A DNA stretch of 63,999 nt, counting the filler, from Folioceros fuciformis (lineage: Eukaryota), in the NCBI GenBank assembly GCA_049999805.1. It is 5 parts of 4 records of this genome, joined end to end, with 100 filler letters (N's around TTAATTAATTAA, not from the genome) between each part and the next. Parts side by side here need not be neighbours in the genome. Positions count along the whole stretch, not along the records: positions 32,765 to 49,037 come from JBNGIO010006010.1; positions 49,138 to 61,883 come from JBNGIO010006012.1; 3 more parts are not named here. One strand, written 5' to 3'. The translations under genes and the position numbers were made by a program. This document shows positions 38,671 through 49,940 of the stretch, piece after piece. Under the pieces are notes generated by a model that did no database searches, was not told the origin of the DNA, and saw only the letters and a program-made list of their open reading frames with translations. Numbering within the stretch: position 1 is the first letter of the stretch; every line of letters starts with the position of its first letter.

Positions 38671-39534
38671 ATGACCAGATCTTAGACGTATAGAATTTAT
38701 TTATAATAAATATATATAACAAAAAATATCAATAGGTAATTGCAGTACATTTATGAGCATAATAAGTTTGAATAATAGGACCAAAGTAAGCCCATGTAGG
38801 CCGACCAAAAGGTAGAAGCCTAATCGAAGCTAGAAGATGTACAAACGGCGACCAAATCTGTTTGGAAGCATCTATCTTACGTTTTGCATCAATAGAACGT
38901 AGGGAGCATCGAGAGCGGTTGCAAAAGTCACGATCCAGATGGCTTGGCCTCGGACAGTGGATGTACACTAGAAGGATGTTTGTTTGCAGAGGACACTGAT
39001 TAAGTCTCATGGATCATTCAGTGTTATGTCAGCACTTCCCGATGCCATGGCTTACCTTCTAGCGGTTGTAGGTGAAAGGGATTGGCAAAGTCACGCTCCA
39101 GAGGTGGAGGATAGTGGCTGTACACTGAAAGAACAAGAGTATTTGCGGAAGACACCCATTTAAGGCTCAAGAACCCAAAGGATGTATGGGGGTACTTCCA
39201 TACGTTGCTCTTACCTTCTAGCGGTTGTTTCGTGCTACGGGCTTGGGTGTGCATTGTTTCTGAGCAGGCAGAATCACACGCTGTTGCCGCCCCTCCGGGA
39301 CAACCCAATGGCTGCAGACTTACTTAAACCACACTTCAGTGTGGAGCAAATAAATAGCCTGATGTACAGTGATCACCCCTAGCAGCAACTAAGTGTACTT
39401 GTCTTTGATGCTCTGGAGGAACTGGCTGTAACGTTTAGACTTCTCAGCTTCCCTGGCGAGACACCAGTGGGCATTGTTAGGACACTTCAGAGTAGGGTGT
39501 CTGATGCTCTGTGAGTGGCCTCGGGAGAGAGAGC

Positions 39535-40985
39535 TTACAGTCTTTCCTTCTCCGCTGCACTTTCTGCAGTCTCTCGTGAGATGAGACTTGGAGGTGGAGG
39601 GCGGAGGACATCGAGAGGCGAGACCGGGAACTTGATGGGTGCAGGCCCTGTCATTGGCCTTAAACTCCGCAGTGCTCCATCAAGATACTGCCTAACAAGC
39701 ATGTCAGAATGAAGAGACAGGTACAAATTCCAAGTTCAGTGCTCGGTCCAGAGCTCCAACCTACCCGCCTGTCCAGCTGGTAGATGCCTTGCTGACCCCG
39801 CATGCCGAATGGCACTGCCAGTCTCTGCATGACGTAAATGGTCATGTTCCCACTGTGTTCATGATGCAGATTAGAACACAACACGACACTTCAGGAACAT
39901 CCAGACATAACAACAACGAAAGCCAACCTGAGGATCCTCACAAAGCCAGCAATATTCCGTCATACCCCCTTCCAGTCGCACCTGCAGCCATCCAACCTTC
40001 CTGTCATCACTTTACAAACTTGCTACATGATGCAGAAGTTTGAGCTGAAGGCGATGACAAAAATCAGAAGGAACGAGTGGACAGAACAACAACTTGAACC
40101 CACCATCACCCTTCCTCCATGACAACAAGAGCAGACACAAGTGACAGTCTATTGCACCTCCAAGGTTGTGGTTCGATTCAACTTACACCTTCAGTTACAT
40201 CTTGCCAGCTGACCAGATCCTCAAGCTTCATGCAACCCACAACATTCACACAACCTGCAGTACGCAACGAACAGCCCACAACCTGAATATGATGTCCAGA
40301 AAAAAAAGAGAAATCACTTCGGGAAGGACACATATCACAATCTCTACACAGCATCAATTTGTCCAGCACAAAAGTTACCCAAAAGCACCGATGTGGGGTA
40401 GTGCGGGGGAAACTGGAACTCTGTAACACCATCCAGCCCGTACGCGTACTTGTAGAACCTCTCAAGACCCTCAAGCATCTCTCTCTCCGGGGGCCTGGCA
40501 GCTGCGTGTATCCATAACCGACCTGCATCCAACCTCCAGTGTCAACCAAACCATACCCACCTCCTTCCTCAATTCCACTTCCAAAAACACCTGGAAGAAC
40601 AGCTCTGACCTGGGAGAAGACTCTTGGGGGCAGGCCAGGACCGTCCTTCTATTCTCTTGATCCCGTGTATGAGCAACGATGCCCACGGCTGGTGCAGCGT
40701 CATGCAGGGATCCGTGATCTTCTCCGCCATGCCTGGGTGCGTGGGCCGGCCCAAGTAGCTCGAAAAGCAAGCCACTCCTCGCCTCATAGCCCCGCCCTCC
40801 ATATGCATGGAAAACAACCCGATAGCAATCCCAGCAAGCCCCTCCCGCACCTGCACCTGAATGCCATACCCGGGCTTGCAACATTTCAAGTTCTTCTGAT
40901 CAGACCTCCTCCATCGCCAAAGCCTCGGGTAGTGCGGAGTGTGCTGGACAGGCGTCGCCAAGGTCAGGAGAGTCCCCGCCGTCAT
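39535..40985 (-). CDS. ASCH-domain (PUA-like, putative RNA-binding) protein, multi-exon; start uncertain
   Basis: CMTLHQPWASLLIHGIKRIEGRSW / GRLWIHAA / HYPTSVLLG / CVNVVGC / YCWLCEDPQ / RLAVPFGMRGQQGIYQL, with GT-AG introns between the segments. Confidence 0.85.
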
Positions 40986-41215
40986 CGTCTCCCGCGTATC
41001 TCAGCTCCTCCTGCCATCTCCGCCTCGGGTTAGTTTAACCCGCTTGGATTACTTTCCTGACTTTGGTTACAAATAAGGGTCAGGTCAGGTTAGGTTAGGT
41101 TAGGGTAACTGTATACGAATAGTAAAGGTGTGCCTGCCTACCTACAAGGAGGAGGAGGTTCGATCAAGGCGTTCTTTTCTGAGCGCGAGGGGGCCAGGAG
41201 TTCGGCGGCAGGGAG

Positions 41216-41836
41216 ATGAAGCACAACAACGTCGTGCCGAATGGCCACTTCAAGAAGGACTGGCAGAACTACGTGAGGACGTGGTTCAACCAGCCGGCAC
41301 GTAAGAAGAGAAGACGTCTTGCGAGGCAGAGGAAGGCTGTGAGGATCTTCCCGCGGCCGACGGCGGGGCCGCTGCGACCTGTGGTTCACTCGCAGACGCT
41401 GCGTTACAACAGCAAAATCAGGGCGGGACGCGGGTTCACCCTGGAGGAGCTGAAGGAGGCAGGGATCAGTAAGAAGCTGGCCCCGACCATCGGAATTGCG
41501 GTGGATCATAGGAGGAAGAACCGGTGTCTGGAGAGCCTGCAGGTGAACGTGCAGAGGCTGAACGCGTACAGGGCGAAGCTGGTGGTGTTCCCCCGGCGGG
41601 GGAAGAAGACGAAGGCTGGGGATGCCACTCCCGAGGAGCTGAGCTCCGTGACTCAACTGCAGGGCCCTGTTTTGCCGATTGTGAAGCCTCGGCCTGAGGT
41701 TGGACTTGTGGAGGTGGACACGGACATGACGGGCGGGAGCGCGTACAAGAAGCTGCGGGTGGAGAGGATGAACGAGCGGCTGGTTGGGAAGAGGAAGGCG
41801 AAGGCAGCGGAGGCAGAGAAGGAGGAGAAGAAGTAG
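41216..41836 (+). CDS. RPL13: 60S ribosomal protein L13 (eL13), intronless CDS
   Basis: [34 protein letters not shown]...[12 protein letters not shown]...VDHRRKN; intact 206 aa. Confidence 0.97.
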   Translation: MKHNNVVPNGHFKKDWQNYVRTWFNQPARKKRRRLARQRKAVRIFPRPTAGPLRPVVHSQTLRYNSKIRAGRGFTLEELKEAGISKKLAPTIGIAVDHRRKNRCLESLQVNVQRLNAYRAKLVVFPRRGKKTKAGDATPEELSSVTQLQGPVLPIVKPRPEVGLVEVDTDMTGGSAYKKLRVERMNERLVGKRKAKAAEAEKEEKK

Positions 41837-41839
41837 ATG

Positions 41840-41961
41840 TTTTTTTCGAGGAGGAGTAGAGGGTTTTTCGAAGAGAAGTAGAGGTTTTTTTCGAGGAGGA
41901 GTAGAGGGTATTTCGAAGAGGAGTAGAGGTTTTTTTCGAGGAGGAGTAGAGGTTTTGTCGA
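41840..41961. repeat. ~23-24 bp tandem repeat x5 directly after the RPL13 stop
   Basis: TTTTCGAGGAGGAGTAGAGG and TTTCGAAGAG(A/G)AGTAGAGG units alternate. Confidence 0.9.
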
Positions 41962-42772
41962 CAGGATGGGTCAAATTGGGACTCAGATGTTGTGGTGCTT
42001 CATTTTTGAAAGATTTTGGCACCTGCACGCCTTTCGTTTTTCGTGTGGTGATTCCTGCAAGCTGCAGAACGTACTTACTGCGAGGTTTAGTCCTCTCTGA
42101 TATTCAACAGACCTTTGCTGCCGAGCGATTCTTCTTCTGGCTCCTTTGTTGGATGAGTGAAGGAAATGTCTTTGTTTCTGGATGTAGGTTTAGGGGTGCA
42201 TGTCTAGCAGAGTGAGTGTCCCCGTACCCCCGGTGCTTTGCTGATGGAAAGGCTAAAACTTGTTTAGCTTTTAATGATCCCCTTAGTTCATTGGCCCGAC
42301 CGCCTCCCACCGTTGTCAAGCTTAGTGCTTTCGGTTTATGCGATGTTCGTTGTCAGTCTTAGGGCTCGTATCCCGGGTGTGGCCCAGCAATTGAACGTGC
42401 GTTGTTTCACTTGCATACGAAGAGTGGGTCAGGCAACGATGGAACTCCGCGCGTTTGGAGAGAAACAAAAGCTGGGTGTTTGGAGAGAAACAAAAGCTGT
42501 CTGATAATGATAACATTCACAACTTGTTGAAGAGTTCTCTTAGTTGTCGTATAAGTGAAAGCGATACATCCAGGCAGTGCCCGCATTTACAAATCAATGA
42601 CTGTATTGCTCCCCATTCTCATACGGGAGGTGAAGTATTTCCGGTGAGATGTACTAAAGTTACATACGAGACCAAAAAAAAAATTGCACCCTCTCCAAGT
42701 CGCATAGGTCTTCAAATTTGCGCTATGGCAACTATGGTGCAACCCTGGAACACATTAGATCAGTTAGGAGTG

Positions 42773-45700
42773 TCACATCCGTGCGCCGTCTTGCATACAT
42801 CGCCTGCAGCTGCTACTCCAGCATTCTGCGATACAGGAGCTACTCCAACAATCTGTGCCAGTGGCTCCTCCCCAATCCTCTGCCACGGCGACTCCAGCAC
42901 CATCCTGTAATGCAACTGCTCCTCCACTATGCTCTGCTATGTCGGCTATCCTGAAATTCTCTGGTATGCCTGCTACAAAGCCCTTCTCCGCTGTATTGCA
43001 GTTCTCTGCTTCAGTGATGCGTTCCTCTTCAGACAGGCGGCTGAAGGCGTAGGCTCCCTGTGGAGTGTTGCCTCCCTGCTGGATTTCATTTCCCGGTCCA
43101 CGGTCCCCTGCGCCGGAATCGTTCTCTGCTACAGCCGATACCGAGCCTTCCTCTACTACAGCTGCTACTCCCGCATCCTGTGCTATAGCTGCTATTTGAA
43201 TTTTCTGTGGCCCGGCGGCTACACCGCCGTCCTGTGCTACAATTGCTACTCCACTATCCTCTGCTATATCACCCACTTTCAGATCCTCTGCTACACAGCC
43301 CTTCTCCGTTGAGTCTCCTTTCTCTGCAGCATCTGCTACACAGCCCCGATCCGGTGTATCGCATAGCTCTGCTACATCTGCTACACAGCCTTTCTCCGGT
43401 GTGCCGCATTTCTCAGCTGTATCTGCTACACAGCCCTTCTCCGGCGTGTCACAGTTCTCAGCTTCAATCATGCGTTCCTCTTCCGAGAGCCAGCTAGAGA
43501 ACTCCAGCGGTTTCTTCGGATAGTCTAGGAGAAAATTGTTGTCCACAAAAAAGCGAAGACACTGTAGAATGTGACTGTGGTCTCTTTGCACCTCAGGTTC
43601 CAGCAGTTTGGTCAACAGACTCGGCTCCCGCTGGGCTGGCACCTCCACCATCTGCTGGCCCCTGTTCTCTCGTCCCATGCCTTTATGCCTGGAATTACGT
43701 TCGTGGCGAAACTCACATCTCCATCCCTTCTTACACCGGCCTCTCAAAAAGTAGTGACAGGTCCGTGTTCCTTGCCTTGACTGCCGGGTGTCTGCTAAGT
43801 TGTCTGGTTCCTTACCATCTACTACCTCTGAAATTGGCACCACGTTACCACCTGCTATGGAAGTCCCACCCTCTTCGGCAGTGTCATCAACCTGAGAGTC
43901 ATTCTCTAGCCTTGCAACCTTGGCCGGCCTTTCTCCGTTCACACAATTGAGTGTAGTGTTCAGCGCAGTATCCTGCTGGATTCTCCTCTTCCCATTCACT
44001 CTGGTCTGCCCAGCAGGCCTGCGCCCAGCCCCATAAGTATCTCTCAACATGTAGTCTGGAACCTCAGCAACTGCACACCCCAATTGAGCTTGCTTTGCCA
44101 AAACCTCTTTTAATCTCTGCCAGTACAACAGCACATCAGTTAATAGGAGGACCATTAGGCAGCAAAAGATACTTTGCCACACAAGCAGGTCATTGCTATA
44201 AGTACAAACAGTGAGAACAGACACAGACCTCCCTCCGCTTGCAAGCCTCCTCATCCATCATCTCTCCTCTTGCTCTGCGGGCAGCTAGTTCTTCCTCCTG
44301 CATCCAGCTACAGAAACTCAGATACTCCACATAGAGAAAAGGAGAAACCTCTGCACAGCCCTGAGCAGGGTCATACCCTGCGCTTCACGTTGGCCACTGT
44401 AGGATAATTTTTTCGCCGCTCATCTCGCCATCGCTGTGCTTCAACTTCTGCTTCTTTGGAAATGGGCTTTCTGTAAAGATGGCATCAGCAAGAAACTCAA
44501 CAAACCAATTTCGTGATAAAGCCAACGTGAAAAAGACTCACTCCCATGGTACCTGGGTGCAACCGGCTCCAGAGATGGTTTCTTGCCATGTGTGACCTTG
44601 TGTTCCTTGACGATCCTTGCTGCTCCAAACACAAAATTTTACAGAGTACTTAAAACATGGCAGACTTATCGCACACATTGCACACTCGGATTGGGAGGAC
44701 GATATAGAAGAACTACGCAAATGAGCTCAAGGACCTGAGTTTGGATTATACAAGAAGAACCACAAAGACACATCTCAGAAAAGTCAGCATAGGTAGAGGC
44801 ATGCTTACTAGAAGCCTCAAACGTGCAGCCCTGTGCATCACACTTGACATGAGTGTTCATGTGCGCAGCTCTTTGCTGACTGCTAAAAAATGACCGATCA
44901 CAAGCTGCACAATGCAGCTGCCTGATTACCATGATAACCACACACACATCACAGAGAGACCTAGAAGGAAAAGTGCAGCCCCGGATAAGCGAATGGACAA
45001 AGCAGCAATCTACTCACTCAGTCCGCTTCTGGGAGCTCAACACATGAGGAACAGAGTTTTCTATTCCTCGGTTCCCTTCAGGTGCACTTCTCCTGGAACC
45101 ACCACCAGCCCCAGGATCCATGTACCCAAAATCAGGGGGCAACGGGTGAAACTGATTCGCTTCATGCGGAGGAGGCATTCCACCATACCAGCCTGGACCT
45201 GGTAGACCCTGACCCCATACTGGCTGCCCACCAAAATACTGATAACCCGGAGGAGCGGATGGATGGGGTGCACGCAGTAATCCCACACCTGGCATCATCT
45301 GTGGTGCCTGATGAGGTTGCTGCTGGAAAGCATGAGAATTCGTCTGATGCAGGCCATGACCATAGACAGGGTTTGGAATCCCCTCACGTGTCATCGCCAT
45401 ACCACCGTTGAACTGTGGCTGTGGTGGTCTACCCTGCGAGAAGCCACGGCTAGTCAAAATACGTACCGAAATATGACCAAATCCACATAGTCCTGCAGAG
45501 ATTCCCTCCTCACGATCGGCTTACGGTACCACACCAACACCCAGGCTCACCTGTGCAAACACACCTGATACCCAGCCCCTATTATCAGGTCTAGGGTTCA
45601 TCCAGCCCTGGTTCATGACTTCCCCACCCTGCATCACTACGCCTCCCTGCAGATACTCATACTGCCCAGGGCCCATTGGAACTCCCAAAGCCGGTATACC

Positions 45701-45832
45701 AGGGGCGGCAGTCCCTGACCCAGCCATGTAGCTGGGATGTGGCAAGCAAGGTCCATGCTGGGAGGGAAGCTGTGGACGCGGGAGAGGCGGCCGCACGTAG
45801 CCGTATGAAGGCGGCTGTTGCGAAGGCCTCAT
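42773..45832 (-). CDS. NUFIP1/Rsa1-like box C/D snoRNP assembly factor with C2H2 and CCCH zinc fingers (multi-exon)
   Basis: P/Q/G-rich N-terminus, C2H2 (CAACDRSF...HMNTHVKC...GCTFEAS), NUFIP1 motif RWRDERRKNYPT, CCCH (CHYFLRGRCKKGWRCEFRH), SLLTKLL...ILQCLRFFVDNNF, then a repetitive tail. Confidence 0.8.
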
Positions 45833-46687
45833 CCTACGTTCGAGCCCAGCACACTCCAGCCCAACCCAGACTCAGTCTTCTTCTTCTTCCAAAACTGTCC
45901 CACCGTAGTGCCTAGACAACGACAAGGGACCCATTGCCCCAGTCATGACCCCCATCCAGTTTCTCCGACTACGGCCTCAACTATTAATGTCGAGAGTGTC
46001 GAGCACGTCAGAACCATCCATCTGAGCTCATTCAACATTCCCCCACTCCTTACGAAACACTCAGCCAGAATCCCAACAGTCGAGAGATCCAATTCAGCTG
46101 AACGGCTCTTAATTGAGCACCTCCTTCAAGTTCCCAACCGGGACATATAAATTAGGGCTTTGCTCAGCCCTATTCGGAATCTCCGACACTGGAACGGAAG
46201 TACTGTAAGAAACGTTTCTGGGAAGTCAGTCTCTCAACTCTCGGAATCTCGGTCACGTTGAGACATTTCGCAGGCAGGTTCAGAAATTCCCGCACTCCTT
46301 TGAGCGCTGAATTGCGCTGGGAAGGGCTCTGTGGCCGTGAATTGGAAGCGTCTCCTTGCTGTGATCAGCTGGATGGTGCATGCCATTCGTTGCATCTGAT
46401 GCATTTGTGCCTTTGAAAAGTTGCTAGTGTGAAGCAGTCGGAATTGCAGTTGTGAAGAGTGTGAGGCAAACAATCTTCAATCCCCAGGAGGAATGGGGAT
46501 TTTGGCGGTCCTGTAGCTCTGTGACTGTAAGGTGTTCGCGGAAGATCATTTCTGGTTCTTGCTGAGGAAGATGTGGATCGCCAGACAGGTTTTCCGGGAA
46601 TTTTTTACATGAGAGCAGTCGCAGCGGATTGTGTCTCACTCTTTTGAAATTCTAGCCCCGCGTAGACTCCGCTCTGACGACGTTCGA

Positions 46688-47922
46688 ATGGCATCCGTCC
46701 GGGCTGCTTGCCTCTCCTCTATAACCCTTTCATCTCTGGCTTCACCTTCTTCCCCTACCTTCTCGCTGCTTCAAGTAGGGGCATTAAGGTGGGGGCGTCT
46801 GCAAAGGACGTGGATAAGACGTAAATGTGTTCCAGGTGATGCCCGCTGCTGCCAGTTGGGAAGGGGTTCTCAGGAATCGTCCGGGAGGCGTGGGTTTCAT
46901 GGAGAAAGGAGGAGGCGAAGGCTGGCAGGGAGGTTGTTTTCAGTCAGATCAGCGGAATGGACGGATGCGGAATCGCCGTACGATATTCTAGGTATGGGCA
47001 GTGATTAGCTTTTGGTCGCTCCCTGATTTGGTCGGCTTTGGGCGTGCGGCCCGTGGAACAGCTATGTGAGTGGTATGTCTCGCATCTGGATGAAGGTGTG
47101 GAGAGGGATGTGAACGACGATGGAGTTAAGACTGCCTATCGGCGTCTTGCCAAAGTGTTTCATCCGGATGGTAAGGGCAGCTTGACTCTCATTCCTGCCA
47201 CGTGATTGGCAGTTCAAGTTGGATATCTTTCTGCAGACATATCTCAGTGCATGGTGGACATGTCCAGTGTATGATGGTAGCACAGAGTTACTGGACGGGG
47301 AAACAGCCGAAGGGCGATTCATCAAGATTCAGGCAGCCTACGAGCTGCTCATGGACAAGGATCAGCGCAGACAATATGATCTGGACCATCGAACGAATCC
47401 TATGAAGGTCCGATTCCAGCTCATGCCATCCCTGCTTGATCAAGACTGTATGAAGCTTCGTGCTTCCGGTATCTTCATCTAACATCCTGCTATTTGGAGC
47501 AGGCGTCAAAATCGTGGGTAGAGTGGGTGATTAAGAAGAAGAAAGCGTTCGAGCAACGTGGGGACATGGCTGTCTCGGCATGGGCGGAGCAGCAACAGCG
47601 GGAGATGAATTTGAAAGCTCGTCGTCTGGCAAGACATAAGGTATCATGTGACATGAAGAAACAACGCGGTCAATGGCGTTCCCTTTTCTCCAATATCTGA
47701 CAAAGTGTGAGTGTGTTGCAGATGGACGCAGAAGAGGAAAGGCGAATTCTGTCCCGAGAAAAGCAAGCTAGTGTTTCAAACTTTGAGACGACGGTGAGGC
47801 GGCATTCTCTAGTTTTGAAGAAAAGGGACATACTGAAAAGGAAGCAGGACGAGGAGGACAAGAAGAAGTTAATACAACAGCTTCTGGCTGCAGAGGGCCT
47901 TGAATTGGACGATGAGGTCTAA
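46688..47922 (+). CDS. Plastid-type DnaJ (J-domain) protein, 5 exons
   Basis: Transit-peptide-like start; SPYDILG/VERD...AYRRLAKVFHPD/VYDG...RFIKIQAAYELL; conserved tail KKAFEQRGDMAVSAWAEQQQ...LLAAEGLELD. Confidence 0.88.
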
Positions 47923-49137
47923 GGAGAACAGATGGAATGAGCTCACAAGTCGCAACATGTACATATAGAGGGCACAGTTGTAACATGGCTGTATTATAAT
48001 TGGCTTCGTAATTGGGGGTGTGTCACCGATTTTCGTTTCTGTTTGACGGTCAATGAGGCCTTAAGGTCTTTAACTTCCTTTCGACCCTCGGTTGTTCTCT
48101 TCTGAGGGTTTTGTTCCGCGCTAAGAAGTCTAAGTCGTGGTCTTTTTTATTTCTAATATAAGACCACAATCTATTTTCACAGAAAAGTATCAAAATGTAA
48201 TTGATTCTCCATTACTCTCCATTACTAGATTCTTGTTGTACAACTATTCCACTTTTAGTGATAAGGTGTTCGGAGAGACCACTTTTACTGATGAAGGCGT
48301 TCTGAGAGAGGAGGTCAGTAGAATTTTTTTTTGGGACTGTGAGTCTGTCCGCTTTGGGAAATGCTTTGGTAATGTCTAGCTCATAAAATAAAAATAAAAA
48401 TCTAAATTGGTCATTCGCACATTTGGTTGAAATATGATGAGGTTACATTCAAAACTTCAACAGCGCCATCCAAATTCTTTCAGCACCCTCATTCTGTCAG
48501 CACCGAATCTAGGCAAGGCATTGTCAGAAATCTATTTATACTATGAGCATAGTGATGGAATAGAACAGGCAAGACAACAAGTGGTGTCTATATATCATGA
48601 TCCAAAAACGTATAATATAAATAACTTGGGTTGTGGGAGAGGGTGGTGCCCCTTCACTCTACCAAACTAACCCTAACGAAAATTGTGTACTTATATAGAT
48701 AATGAACTAAGGGGTTATTTATCTTAATAGGAATGCCAGCTTATGTGGTGAATGGAGGTGTAGGTTGCAACAATGGGTTTTGGGTTCCTTTGGTTTGTGT
48801 TTGAGGCTACTTTGTGGATTCGCGTATGTACATTCGTAAACCCTAAACACCCTAAACCCTACCCTGAGGCTGCCATCCAAGGGGAGGGCAGCCCCCGACG
48901 CGTGCAAGGGAGCTCGGGGGAGATAGCACATAGGCCACCACTGCCTTGTAGGTTGAGAATGGCAGCCCCTGCAGCAAGCAAGGTGGCAAGCGGAGGGCGG
49001 CCCCCCGGGGGACTGTGGGGAGGTAGCACGAAGGCCANNNNNNNNNNNNNNNNNNNNNNNNNNNNNNNNNNNNNNNNNNNNTTAATTAATTAANNNNNNN
49101 NNNNNNNNNNNNNNNNNNNNNNNNNNNNNNNNNNNNN

Positions 49138-49603
49138 TAAGATGTTAGGCTGCTCACATGCGCCATAGCTCACTCCATGTCGTAAAGCTGCAAAAAGGGG
49201 ACTGCCCTCGTCGGGCTGCCCAGAGTTGGTAAGTCACTAGCGGGATGCCACCATCTCCCTTACACCCTCAATCTGCATAGCTCTTCCTTTCATAGACGGC
49301 TAGTGAACAGCAAACAAAGGTTTAGGTCGTCCGGTGGTTCCTCTCATGAGCGACTTCGACAACTGCCTTTTTTCTCGCTGTGTTTAGTTTTTATGTTTGG
49401 TGCCCCTCCAAGCAGTTTTCCATGGGCTGTATGAGCCCACGTGCTTCTAGTGGGCAAGTAGCCATGGCTAGTATTTTAGCCATTTACCTAATTTAGGTTG
49501 AGTTAGTTTAATCACCTATTATCTAATCAACTGAATTCCACTAAACTATCACGTTCACCATGATGCTCTACTATAAGTCCATTTTTGCCACAATTTCACG
49601 ACA
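49138..49603 (-). repeat. 3' LTR (last 8 bp missing at contig end)
   Basis: Aligns to 58366-58831 without gaps. Confidence 0.93.
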
Positions 49604-49805
49604 GCTGTCGTGCTCCCGGTATCAGCTGTTGTGAGCACTTCAATTCAGTCCATCAGCTGCAAGGCTAATGTCTTGTGCACTCAAAAAAAAAGAGAACAAA
49701 AAGATTGTCCATGCCTTCCCCCCCCAGTTGATGGACGGGCTGAAAGCATGAAGAGCACGATAAGAGCTACACTCCTAGGTTGGTCACACCTGCTGTGTCC
49801 GGTTG

Positions 49806-49940
49806 GCACTTGGGACAATACCAAAGTTGCTCCGGTACATGGGTAAGTGGTGGCTGTAAGCAGAAAAGGTGGAAACCCCCATTGCAGCCATCACAAAGTA
49901 ACATGAGGTCAGCATCATCAATGCGTTGACAAACCTGGCA
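49806..49940 (-). other. PHD finger (C4HC3) at the integrase C-terminus
   Basis: CQVC...LMLLCDGCNGGFHLFCLQPPLTHVPEQLWYCPKC. Confidence 0.92.

Noticed and set aside
41138-42028. 296-aa antisense ORF over RPL13 and other long shadow ORFs (24283-25074, 31357-32118)
   Set aside because: Antisense shadows of GC-rich coding regions with no recognisable domains.
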